A stretch of 64,000 bases of DNA, from the NCBI GenBank assembly GCA_049604415.1, contig JBMYTN010000006.1, positions 65,107 to 129,106 of the forward strand, written 5' to 3'. Within the stretch, counting starts at the first letter, position 1. The number at the start of each line of letters is the position of its first letter. The notes beneath the pieces were generated by a model. That model had not been told where the DNA came from. It ran no database searches and saw only the letters and a program-made list of their open reading frames with translations. This stretch comes from Rhodospirillaceae bacterium. GTDB lineage: Bacteria > Pseudomonadota > Alphaproteobacteria > Rhodospirillales > Rhodospirillaceae. The position numbers and the translations under genes are program-made. This document shows positions 26,180-34,979 of the stretch, in pieces.

Positions 26180-28293
26180 CCGAGCGGTCCCTCGCCAGGG
26201 TTTTTGGATGGCGTGATCGACGCAGAGGATCCCGCACTGTTGGCCATGCGCTGCAGCAGCCGGTTTTCCTCGGCCATTTTCGTCGCCTCGTCGATCATCA
26301 CCACCAACATAAACAGCGCGGCGGAGGCCAGGCAATAGACCCCCAGCACGCCAATGGCGGTATAGAGCGAGGAATGGGCGGCGATGGCCGCCACCGCCAG
26401 CGGACCGATGGACCCGCCCAGGCGTTCAACCAGCCGCAAAACCGCCATCACCGGCCCTTGGCCATGTTTGGCGATCACATCTTCGGACATGGCCACGGCG
26501 GTGCTGACCTGGGCGGAGATCGACATGGCTTGGCCAATCCCGAGTGCCGCCACGCCCAGCAAAATGGCAATGGGTTCCGCGCCTTGGGAGGCGGGCAGGA
26601 CACCCCCCGCCGCGATCAAACAACCGACCCCGACCGTCGCGCCATGGCTGCGGATCTTATCGGTGATCTTGGCGAAAAACGGCCCCAGCACCACGGCCAA
26701 GATGCCATAGATCATGACCACCCGACCGATTTCGGATTCCGAGGTGTTCATATCCACCAGCGCCAGCGGCACCAGGAAAAACAAAAAGCCGGTCAGCAGC
26801 ATTTTCGACGGCACAGCAGCCAGGAACAGCAAGGCTAAGAACCGGCGATTGCTCAAGGTGTCGATGAAGGTGGCACGGGTCAGTTTTGGCGGCGCTTCCC
26901 GGTGATCGGTCAGCGGATCCATCAGCTTCATCACCAACAGGCCGGACAAGGCGGCCATGCTGGCCCCGACCAGGAAGGTTTCCGAATAGCCAATCCGGTC
27001 GGCGATGATGCCGCCAATGGCCGGGCCGCAAATATCGGCCAGCATGATGCCGCCGACAAACATCGCCGCCCCTTGGGTGCGGTTGTGGCTGCCGGTGCTT
27101 TCCAGCACGTAACCCTGACAGGCAACAAAGGCTAAGGCGTAGCCCGCCCCGGAAATGGCCCGCCAGAGCAACAGATCCCACAGCTCGACTGCATAGCCGG
27201 TGCCGACCAGGCCAATGGTCGCCAAGATTGCGCCCAGGGCATACATCCGTCGCCGCCCGACACGCTCATAAAGCAAGCTGCCAATGGGCATCACCAAGGC
27301 GATCATCGCCGTATGCAAGGTCATGATCAGGCCCGCAGACAGCTCCGGCGCGATCCCAGTGCCTTCGGTAAAGCTGCCGAAAAACACCGGCATGAAGGGG
27401 CGGGCCAGCTCCTCGGCAAACACAAACAGGAACGCCAGCAGACGCACCGCGATCAGCTTCGGTTCCCGAGTTGGTTTCGGTGTCTCCTGCGGCGTGGTGC
27501 GCGAGGCCCGGCGCACCTGTTCGTTCAAATGCCGGGCAAAGCGGCCCAGATCATCGCGGGTGATTTGGCCATGCAGCTTGGTGAAATGCCGTTGGGCGAT
27601 TTCTTTCAGCACCTGAGTCGCCGTGCGGATCGGCAGCACCAGGTTCACTGTCAACACCAGGATCATCAATTCAAAGGACAGGAACAGGCAGACAATCAAA
27701 ACAATGCCGATGTCTTCCAGGTTTTCTGCCACCGGGGCCAGCAGGGCAGCCCGGTCATAGGCGACAACCAGCACCCCTTCGCCATCGGGGAAGGTTTCGC
27801 TGATACCAACCCGGGCGAAGGCGGCCAACAGGTCTCCTTGTAAAGCGGAATAAAGCGGGGCTGCGGTATCCAGGGTTGCCGGGGCGGCCTCGCCAAACTC
27901 AGCAGCCATCGATCCTGAAGTCACCGCCTGGGTCGGCAAGGCCAATTGCCGAGCGATCTCCGGTTCCGGCAGGCCATAGGACATCAAGATCCGGCCCCCG
28001 GCGTCCGTCAGGGCCATGAACAACAAATCGGGATCGTTTTTGCGCACCGTATCTGCAAAGGCTTCGAAGCCCGCTAGTTTGTCCAGCGGGATGCCCAGCT
28101 CCAGGGCGCGGTCGATCCGGCTCCGAGCGCTGTCGGCCTGCAATTCTGCTTTGCCCGCCAGTTCCGGCATCAAGGTCTGTTCATTGACCTCAACGGCAAT
28201 GAACGAGACCGTGCCAAGAGCACACATCACCGCAATGGCGGTGACGATCAACAGGCGGGCGACGGGGCCAGAGAGCAAACGGCGCAGCATCAC
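26176..28293 (-). CDS. MFS transporter fused to an N-terminal sensor-like module (TM - periplasmic domain - TM - HAMP-like), roughly 280 aa
   Basis: 705 aa. C-terminal 420 aa has 12-TM MFS character. The N-terminal module resembles the separate upstream protein (GIPLDKLAGFEAF versus GIDLGLPLTALETL). Confidence 0.65.
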   Translation of the reverse strand: MMLRRLLSGPVARLLIVTAIAVMCALGTVSFIAVEVNEQTLMPELAGKAELQADSARSRIDRALELGIPLDKLAGFEAFADTVRKNDPDLLFMALTDAGGRILMSYGLPEPEIARQLALPTQAVTSGSMAAEFGEAAPATLDTAAPLYSALQGDLLAAFARVGISETFPDGEGVLVVAYDRAALLAPVAENLEDIGIVLIVCLFLSFELMILVLTVNLVLPIRTATQVLKEIAQRHFTKLHGQITRDDLGRFARHLNEQVRRASRTTPQETPKPTREPKLIAVRLLAFLFVFAEELARPFMPVFFGSFTEGTGIAPELSAGLIMTLHTAMIALVMPIGSLLYERVGRRRMYALGAILATIGLVGTGYAVELWDLLLWRAISGAGYALAFVACQGYVLESTGSHNRTQGAAMFVGGIMLADICGPAIGGIIADRIGYSETFLVGASMAALSGLLVMKLMDPLTDHREAPPKLTRATFIDTLSNRRFLALLFLAAVPSKMLLTGFLFFLVPLALVDMNTSESEIGRVVMIYGILAVVLGPFFAKITDKIRSHGATVGVGCLIAAGGVLPASQGAEPIAILLGVAALGIGQAMSISAQVSTAVAMSEDVIAKHGQGPVMAVLRLVERLGGSIGPLAVAAIAAHSSLYTAIGVLGVYCLASAALFMLVVMIDEATKMAEENRLLQRMANSAGSSASITPSKNPGEGPLG

Positions 28294-29153
28294 ACGCTCT
28301 CCGGGGTCGGACTGGTGGCCGGTTTTTTGCCATCGGGTTTGTGGCCATCAGGTTTCTCTGGGCTGTCCCCAGCACCCTCAGCTTCGGGAGGATGCTTCTG
28401 TGCCATCTCCAGCAGGACCGGGCGGGCGGCCAAATAGGCTTCAGACAGCTCCGGCAAGGTTTGCTTGGTTTGCGCCACCAGCTTTTGATCCGGTTCGGCC
28501 TCTGCCTTGCCCAGGGCGACATTGGCCAGATCGACTTCCAAGGAGCGCAAGGCCCGCCGCCGACCCATAAAGACGCCGGAAACCAACAGGACAGCGGGCA
28601 GGGCGACGGCGGCGGAGATCGCGGCCCCCCGGATCATCCGGTCCAGGGCAGCATCGCGGGAGGCGACATAGGCATCCGGGCTGTGGAACACCGCCACGCC
28701 GCCCGCACAATCGCCCAAGCTGTCGGTGAAGCTGCGCCCGACGGCCACGATCTCATCGGTAAAAAAGCGCCAGCGATCGCGCTGTAGCAAGGCGTCCGTC
28801 AGTGCCAGCTCTTCGGGCACGACCCCGACCTGGGCCACCGGGGCAAAGCTGCAATCATGGGCCAACACCCCGGTGATTTCCGGATCGCGGGCCATTTGCC
28901 GCTCCATGGCAGGCGGGAGGGTTTCCAACGCCGTCAGTGGCAAACCCAAGTCAATGCCGGTCACGGCGGTTTCGGCGACCTCAGCCGCGACAATCGACAG
29001 CCGGTTTTCCACCAGCCGGGAATAGGTTTCTTCGAAGCGCAAATAGTTGAGAAGGGTGGTCAAGCATAGGGCCAACACGATGACGGTCACCATGGCGCCG
29101 CCAATCTTATATGTCAGCAAGGAGTGCATATCCGGGCCTTTTCTGGCGCGCAC
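28290..29153 (-). CDS. membrane protein with periplasmic sensor-like domain and cytoplasmic coiled-coil/Pro-Lys-rich tail
   Basis: Two TM segments flank a roughly 160-aa domain. Stop overlaps the MFS start. A likely alternative start is MHSLLTYK at 29129. Confidence 0.5.
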   Translation of the reverse strand: MRARKGPDMHSLLTYKIGGAMVTVIVLALCLTTLLNYLRFEETYSRLVENRLSIVAAEVAETAVTGIDLGLPLTALETLPPAMERQMARDPEITGVLAHDCSFAPVAQVGVVPEELALTDALLQRDRWRFFTDEIVAVGRSFTDSLGDCAGGVAVFHSPDAYVASRDAALDRMIRGAAISAAVALPAVLLVSGVFMGRRRALRSLEVDLANVALGKAEAEPDQKLVAQTKQTLPELSEAYLAARPVLLEMAQKHPPEAEGAGDSPEKPDGHKPDGKKPATSPTPESV

Positions 29154-29820
29154 CGGCCATTAGACTTTGGTCCAGGCCCACGCTTCACAACTGATACAAG
29201 AGCAGAGAGTTGTCCTGCGGTCCGCAGACGTCAATGCAATAGTTGGAAAAAACGCACTTTCCGTTAAATTTTATCAGTCTCAAGGACCAAATCTCCACAA
29301 TCTTCGCGGAGTCTGCAAAACCATTGTGGGAAACCGATAATCCGAGGCGAAGCGGGCGCGCCTGCCTTGGCACGGAAAGGTTTTCTCTTCCCCTCCCCGC
29401 GACTCAAGAAGGGGCGGTTGGAAGACTGGACGATGCGAACCCTCTGCACTCCTGAACCGGTCAGAGCAGGTGCGCAGAGAGAGGGTGGGACGGGGATAGC
29501 ACCGGTTAAATAGTTGACTTATGGGAAAAGGTTTGACCCGCTTTGGGTGTAAACATATAGTTTGGACAGCTTTTGGGGTTAGGCCTTGGCGCGGGGTCGG
29601 ATCTCGCAGGTCTCTTTTGGGTCTCAAGAGGGCCGTTTCTTATCGGTCGAGCAGCTTTTTCGCGCCGAGCCTTATGGTAGAAACGGACAATCTCCTATAT
29701 CCTCTGGGAAGGATGTGCCAAAGTCCTGCCATATCGATTTGATTTAAGGTTTCCGGAGCCCCAGAGGGCCCGGGTCCCAGCATCCGCCACCCGCTTCGCA
29801 CAACATTAAGGAAGTCACCC

Positions 29821-30375
29821 ATGGCCGAAAAGCCCGATGACACCACCGCCACCGCCGCTGATGCCCCCGAAACGGACGCTCCGGAGGCCGATGCTGCGGT
29901 TGAGGAAACCTCTAAAAAGGACGAAGCCCTGAAGCTCGTTCGCCGCTTCAGCTATTGGGGCATTGGGGCCAGCGCCATCCCCGTGATGGTCGTCGACACC
30001 GCTGCTCTGCTCGCCGTGCAACTGCGTATGGTGCAGAAGTTGTCCGAGCATTATGAGGTTGAGTTCAAAGAGAACGTCGTCAAATCCGTGATCACGGCGG
30101 TTGCTGGCAGCACGGCAGCGGGCATCATTGGCCATTCCGTTGTGGGCCGTGTCCTCGGCGGCATTCCGACCGTTGGTCCGGTGCTGAAACTGGCCAGCGC
30201 GCCGGTGGTCGGTGGGGCCTTCACCTATGCGGTTGGCAAAATGTTCACCGAGCATTTCGAATCCGGCGGCACCTTGCTGACCTTGGACACCGCCAAGGCC
30301 AAGTTGCGTTGCAAAAAGATCATGGAAGAAGAATCCTCTTCCTCCGATGACGCTGCGGCCCAAGCCGCCGCCTAA
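29821..30375 (+). CDS. DUF697-like protein paralog with acidic N- and C-terminal tails
   Basis: WGIGASAIPVMVVDTAALLAVQLRMVQKLSEHYEVEF... is collinear with 22929-23684. AGGAAG Shine-Dalgarno upstream. Followed by an intrinsic terminator. Confidence 0.55.
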   Translation: MAEKPDDTTATAADAPETDAPEADAAVEETSKKDEALKLVRRFSYWGIGASAIPVMVVDTAALLAVQLRMVQKLSEHYEVEFKENVVKSVITAVAGSTAAGIIGHSVVGRVLGGIPTVGPVLKLASAPVVGGAFTYAVGKMFTEHFESGGTLLTLDTAKAKLRCKKIMEEESSSSDDAAAQAAA

Positions 30376-30444
30376 CACTGTCTTCAGGCCCGGCCCCACC
30401 TTCGGGTGATCAGGTCCGACTTTGAGGTTTGATCATTTCGGGCA

Positions 30445-30486
30445 GGGGCGACGATCACGGATTTGGATCGCCGCCCCTTTCCTTTG
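30445..30486 (+). terminator. rho-independent terminator
   Basis: GGGGCGACGATC-loop-GATCGCCGCCCC followed by TTTCCTTTG. Confidence 0.55.
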
Positions 30487-30813
30487 CGTAGCCTGTTGTC
30501 CCTCTCCTTGTTCCTTCCCTCCGATCCTGTCTCATCGATCCATCCCACCGATCACGCCCCGGCATCCTGGCATTGGGCTGTTCGCCTAAGCGCTTTTTGC
30601 GGCAGTTAACGCAGGAAAATTCCGCCATTGGCTGTGCTAGGTTTGCGCTGCGGTGGAGGGACCTGTATGATCCCCCTCTCTATTGGTTGCGAACCAGGAC
30701 ATGAAGCCAGGGTTTGCCGGATCGATCTGACAGTCTTCCGGCCTCTGTTGTCCTGTCCGGTTCATCCCTATGTCGCACCACCCCGATCCTGTTGTCCCGC
30801 CAGAGGCGCCCCC

Positions 30814-31065
30814 ATGCTGTTCATGTTATTTGCCCTCTATGTGACTGGGTGCATTGCCGTCGGCATATTGGGCCGCAATGGGCGGTTGGGGTTTTTTGGC
30901 CATTTCTTTATCGGGCTTTTGTTCACCCCGTTTGGGGATCTGCTGGTCCAGTCCATCGCCTCCCGGATGAGCCTGCGCAAGGCCCAGGAGGAGGCTGACG
31001 ACTGGGACGACGAAGACAGCGACGAGGAAGAAGATCCCTCGTCTTCTTCCCGGTTCTCCTCGTGA
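30814..31065 (+). CDS. small membrane protein with acidic C-tail, possible NfeD-like partner of the downstream SPFH protein (tentative)
   Basis: MLFMLFALYVTGCIAVGILG...FFIGLLFTPF are two TM segments, then DDWDDEDSDEEEDP. Ends 2 nt before the SPFH gene. The longer ORF from 30628 looks like an artefactual extension. Confidence 0.35.
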   Translation: MLFMLFALYVTGCIAVGILGRNGRLGFFGHFFIGLLFTPFGDLLVQSIASRMSLRKAQEEADDWDDEDSDEEEDPSSSSRFSS

Positions 31066-31066
31066 T

Positions 31067-32917
31067 GTGCGCAAAGGGTCGATGATGGTTTTTGGCTTTA
31101 AAAAGCGCAAAAAGGCACAGGAGACAGCGGCCTCGCAGGAGAGCGATGCGGCTGCGACGGCGTCTCCGTCTCCGTCCCCTGCGGAAGACCCGTCCAACGG
31201 TGATCGCGCTGCGGAGACGGTGCCCAGTGATGCCCCAGACGCTGCTGCTTCCGCTGCTGAACCGGCTGAGAATGGAGCAGACGGTGCAAACGGGGCGGAG
31301 GCTGCCGAAGCGGTTGCTCCGGAGAGCCCGAAAGCTGAGGAGCCGAAAACGGCCAAGCAAACCCGGGCCGAGGCACGCAAAGAGCGTAAAGCCCGGGGCC
31401 GGAAGACCAAGGCCAATGGCAATGGGCGCGGCAATGGCAACGGGCATGGGAACGGCAATGGAAATGGCCATGGCAAGCCGCCCCGCAAGCGCGGCATTTT
31501 TGCTCGGATTTTCGGTTTCCTGTTTGGCTGGTTGTTCCGCTGGTTCAACCGTCACGCCATTTCTCTGACCCTGCTGTTTTTGCTGGCCTTGCTCGGCGTT
31601 GGCTTGTTGGCACCCAGGATCTTCATCACCATCCCGGCGGGTCATGTGGGTGTGTTGTGGGAGCGTTTCCTGGGCGGGACTGACACCGACAAATTTTATA
31701 CCGAAGGGGTGACGGTTATCTTCCCCTGGGATGAGATGTATATTTATGACGCCCGCTTGCAGAATGATGCGCGGACCTATGACACCATCTCCTCCAACGG
31801 CCTGAGCCTGCAGGTCGAAATCGCCACCCGCTATCGGCTCAATCAGGAAAATGTCGGTCTGCTGCACAAGCTGGTCGGGCCGAAATATCCGGAAATCCTG
31901 GTCTATCCGGAAATCGGCTCCCATGCCCGTGACATCATCGCGCGCTACACCCCTGAACAGCTCTATTCCGATATCCGGTCCTTCATTCAGGCCCAGATTC
32001 TGGAGCGCATGGTGACCGAATTGGGGGCCTCGCTGGTGAACCAATCGGTGCGCGGCAAGCTGATTGAGGTCGAAGATGTCCTGATCCGCTCTGTGGTGCT
32101 GCCCGAAACGGTGCAAAAGGCCATTGAGCGCAAGGCCGAGCAATATCAGGCCATGTTGGAATATGATTTCCGTCTCGCCCGGGAAGAGAAGGAAAAGGTC
32201 CGCAAGTCCATTGAGGCGGAAGGGATCGCGGCGTTCCAGGCCAAGGTGGCCGACAGCATCACCGATGAGTATCTGCGTCTGCGCGGCATTGAAGCGACGG
32301 TGGCCCTGGCGGCCTCGCGCAACAGCAAGATGGTGATCATTGGTGGCAAGGATGGTCTGCCGTTGATCCTGAACACCGGTGAGACGCCGCTAGACGCTAC
32401 CGGCGGTGGCGGGGCGACGGGCGCGGGCACGAACGCTGGGGGGCTGGACAATCCGGTCTTTAGCCGCACGCCGCAAAATGCCCGGATTGATGAATTCACC
32501 CCGGCCAATTCGGCAATGCCAGATGCCTCCACGGGCTTTGGCAGCAGTGGTGGGGCCACAACGACCGGCCAATCGCAGGGCGGGTCCACCGGAACCGGCC
32601 GTCCCAGCGCGCCGGGCAGTGCCTTGGCCCCGTCTGGGGATGGGGGCACCGCAGCCCGGGAAGCCCCACAAGCGCCCAATGAAATGACCGGCATGGCGCC
32701 GTCGGAGCGCAGCCAGTCTGCCGGGTCGGGCATGAACGAGACGCCGGGCAATGTGCAGGCTCAACCGAGCCAGCCCCAGACCGGGGCAGCTCAATCAGGC
32801 CAAAGCACGCCGCAGGATGGCCAACGGGCGTCCGAGATCAATCGCGGGGCTTTGAACCAGGATATCCCCTCGACGCTGAATTCCTTCGCCGATCGCTATC
32901 GGTTGGGCACAAATTAA
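31067..32917 (+). CDS. SPFH/band-7 (prohibitin/stomatin/HflKC-like) domain membrane protein with disordered N- and C-terminal low-complexity regions
   Basis: TM after a basic stretch, then an SPFH-like core (IPAGHVGVLWERFLGG...QAMLEYDFRLAREEKEK...). Contains an (AATGGC)n-encoded NG repeat and a G/S/T/Q-rich C-tail. Confidence 0.7.
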   Translation: MRKGSMMVFGFKKRKKAQETAASQESDAAATASPSPSPAEDPSNGDRAAETVPSDAPDAAASAAEPAENGADGANGAEAAEAVAPESPKAEEPKTAKQTRAEARKERKARGRKTKANGNGRGNGNGHGNGNGNGHGKPPRKRGIFARIFGFLFGWLFRWFNRHAISLTLLFLLALLGVGLLAPRIFITIPAGHVGVLWERFLGGTDTDKFYTEGVTVIFPWDEMYIYDARLQNDARTYDTISSNGLSLQVEIATRYRLNQENVGLLHKLVGPKYPEILVYPEIGSHARDIIARYTPEQLYSDIRSFIQAQILERMVTELGASLVNQSVRGKLIEVEDVLIRSVVLPETVQKAIERKAEQYQAMLEYDFRLAREEKEKVRKSIEAEGIAAFQAKVADSITDEYLRLRGIEATVALAASRNSKMVIIGGKDGLPLILNTGETPLDATGGGGATGAGTNAGGLDNPVFSRTPQNARIDEFTPANSAMPDASTGFGSSGGATTTGQSQGGSTGTGRPSAPGSALAPSGDGGTAAREAPQAPNEMTGMAPSERSQSAGSGMNETPGNVQAQPSQPQTGAAQSGQSTPQDGQRASEINRGALNQDIPSTLNSFADRYRLGTN

Positions 32918-32941
32918 GCATTTCGGCCCTGCCAAAAATAT

Positions 32942-33086
32942 GGGCGATCTTCAGGATCGCCCCTTCCGCACATACAAAAAAGAAGGGCGATCAAAAAAAT
33001 CGCCCCAATCGCCGCCATAAGGCGGGCGGTCTTCAGAATCGCTCCTTCTGCACACACAAAAAAAAGGGCGATCAAGAAGATCGCCC
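32942..33086. repeat. tandem array, 2 units of about 80 bp, each containing two GC-stem hairpins (GGGCGATC..GATCGCCC)
   Basis: Hairpins at 32942-32962, 32985-33005, 33024-33045 and 33066-33086, with a conserved spacer CTTCCGCACATACAAAAAAGAA / CTTCTGCACACACAAAAAAAAG. Lies immediately 3' of the SPFH gene. Confidence 0.6.
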
Positions 33087-33363
33087 GTGAGGTGCAAGTG
33101 GAAGTGAAGGCTAAAGACACCGAACGAAGGAGAGATCCCGAGGAGCCCTCCTTCAGAAGGCATGTTGTTGATAAAGTTTGATCTGCTGCCCTGCAACAAG
33201 AAAATTAAAAACGACGTGATTCCGAAATAAAATTACTCAAAATTTTCTCTTTGAGAGAATTGCTCGGATGCGATGCACCAATGCAGAGCCTAAATCCTAA
33301 CGGTGAGCCATTCAGGCAAAAGCGATGGCTGCGGACTCGGAGGGCTTCGTCTGGAGTCGGTCT

Positions 33364-33406
33364 AGGCCGTAAACTCATAAACGTCCCGTTTATGAGTCTA
33401 AGGCCT
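33364..33406. repeat. 43-bp palindromic intergenic element, copy 1 (AGGCCGTAAACTCATAAACG TCC CGTTTATGAGTCTAAGGCCT)
   Basis: Near-perfect inverted repeat. Copies also at 36558-36600 and 58751-58793, all between convergent genes. Confidence 0.6.
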
Positions 33407-33483
33407 AATACGGCTTTCCCGTTTCAGCTTTCGCCGGTAAGCCTTCAGGACCAAGCCTTTGTCCGGCGATCGTGACGTGCGTT

Positions 33484-34887
33484 TCAACGCCGGAAGAGCA
33501 CGATAAGACGATCAGGATCCTCCGAGTCGAGGGCCGGGATATCGATGGCATGCAGAGGTAAAAGCTTTCGGCTGACCTCTGGTGACAGGTCCAGTGTGGG
33601 AGCGGGTCCGGATAGAACGATCAACGCATAGTCGGTTTCCTGGTCAAGGGCCCACCGGGCGACGGCTTCGGCATTGCTTTGGCTTTGATTGGCACGTTCC
33701 AGATCGTGTTCCAAAACCTTGCCCGGACGATCGGGTAACGGCCAAAGCCTGCTCCAGCCATCTGGGTCCAAGGCAATGCTGCTCCCTGGCATGATGGCAC
33801 TGTCTAAGCTTTCTATGGCCGCGCGTTGCCCCGCGTGGATTTGACGATGGAAACCGGGCTGCTTTGCCAGCAGTGCTTTGCCAGAGCAAACCAATAAAAC
33901 GGTGCCAGCAGCCATGGCCAATGCGGGGCCAAATGGATCGGGCAGCGGGCTGATCAACAGATTTCCTGCCAGAGCCGCAGCCAAGAGAAGCAAGTGTTTC
34001 AGCCATAGGGGCTGAAGCAACGCAGTCCAGCGAAAGATCCTGTCTGCTCCGAGAGGACCAGCGGGGATCAGTCTTGATAGGGTATCCCGCCAAGTGGTCG
34101 AGGACCACCGGCACTGGTCCAAGCTCCAGCGGCGCAGAATGCCGAGATGGAGGGTTTCCAAGGCAAGCATGGAGGCGAAGCCAAGGACAACTGCCAGAAG
34201 CAGGTCTCCTGGTGAACTGCCGAGCATAAAGCTTAAGAGGAGGACCAGAGTCAGCGCAAAGGCGGCAAAAGCGGGATGGAACAGGATGATCACACTTACC
34301 AAGATCGCAAGAGTGATGTGGTTGGCGAGAAACAGGTCGGGCCCCCAGGTTGCGCAAGCCAAAATCCCGAGCAGGGCTGGGGTGACGATGGTTTCGGGCA
34401 GCAGCAAGGGCTGGTTCAGGAACTGGTCTATGTTGATCAGAAAGACCAAGGCCAAACACCAGCCCCAGGGGGAGGGGGCGAGGGTTACAAGCAGCAATGC
34501 TGTTAGCAGATTGGAGATGAAACAGAGCGGCACGGTGACGGCCCGCAGGGCGTTTGGCGAGGGCCCAAAAAAACGTATGGCCAAGGCCGCCAAAGCGGAT
34601 GTTCCCAGCCCCCACTGGGCTGAGGGTGGAACGGCGCTCCGTTGGGAGCGGATCTCTGCCAACCGGCCCTGCAATAGGGACATGGCATCCTGGCAAACCA
34701 AGCCTTGATCCCGCAATCGATTGCGAAAAGAGGGATCGATCCGAGCGATGCCGACGCCGATCTCTAACTTTAACCCAAACCGGTCAAGCTTCAGCTCAGA
34801 TTGAAGGAACGCGAGACCAAGGCAGAGAGAGCCCAACACCAGAAACGGGATCCAATCTGTGATCCCTGCGAAATCGATCATGCCCAC
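33484..34887 (-). CDS. large polytopic integral membrane protein (at least 10 predicted TM), function unknown
   Basis: 467 aa, mostly hydrophobic helices. No catalytic motif recognised. Confidence 0.5.
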   Translation of the reverse strand: MGMIDFAGITDWIPFLVLGSLCLGLAFLQSELKLDRFGLKLEIGVGIARIDPSFRNRLRDQGLVCQDAMSLLQGRLAEIRSQRSAVPPSAQWGLGTSALAALAIRFFGPSPNALRAVTVPLCFISNLLTALLLVTLAPSPWGWCLALVFLINIDQFLNQPLLLPETIVTPALLGILACATWGPDLFLANHITLAILVSVIILFHPAFAAFALTLVLLLSFMLGSSPGDLLLAVVLGFASMLALETLHLGILRRWSLDQCRWSSTTWRDTLSRLIPAGPLGADRIFRWTALLQPLWLKHLLLLAAALAGNLLISPLPDPFGPALAMAAGTVLLVCSGKALLAKQPGFHRQIHAGQRAAIESLDSAIMPGSSIALDPDGWSRLWPLPDRPGKVLEHDLERANQSQSNAEAVARWALDQETDYALIVLSGPAPTLDLSPEVSRKLLPLHAIDIPALDSEDPDRLIVLFRR

Positions 34888-34979
34888 ATGTCCACTGGTC
34901 CTATATTCTGTCTGTGGTGTTATGGCCTGGGTGCGGCCATTGTTCCAGCTTTGGGTTAGACAATCGACACAGAGGCATT

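Noticed and set aside
29300-29500. Possible cobalamin or other riboswitch in the long intergenic region
   Set aside because: No B12 box (GCCACTG) and none of the RNase P, SRP, tmRNA or 6S hallmark sequences were recognisable by eye. Left only as a generic sRNA/regulatory candidate.
30628-30813. N-terminal 62-codon extension of the small membrane protein ORF (MAVLGLRCGGGTCM...)
   Set aside because: Cys/Pro/Arg-rich and non-membrane. It is more likely read-through of intergenic sequence, so the start was moved to 30814.
32914-33199. Two small minus-strand ORFs (68 and 82 aa) running through the tandem hairpin repeats
   Set aside because: Their sequence is dictated by the repeat structure (repetitive IALLF/IALFF peptides). 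They are most likely non-coding.
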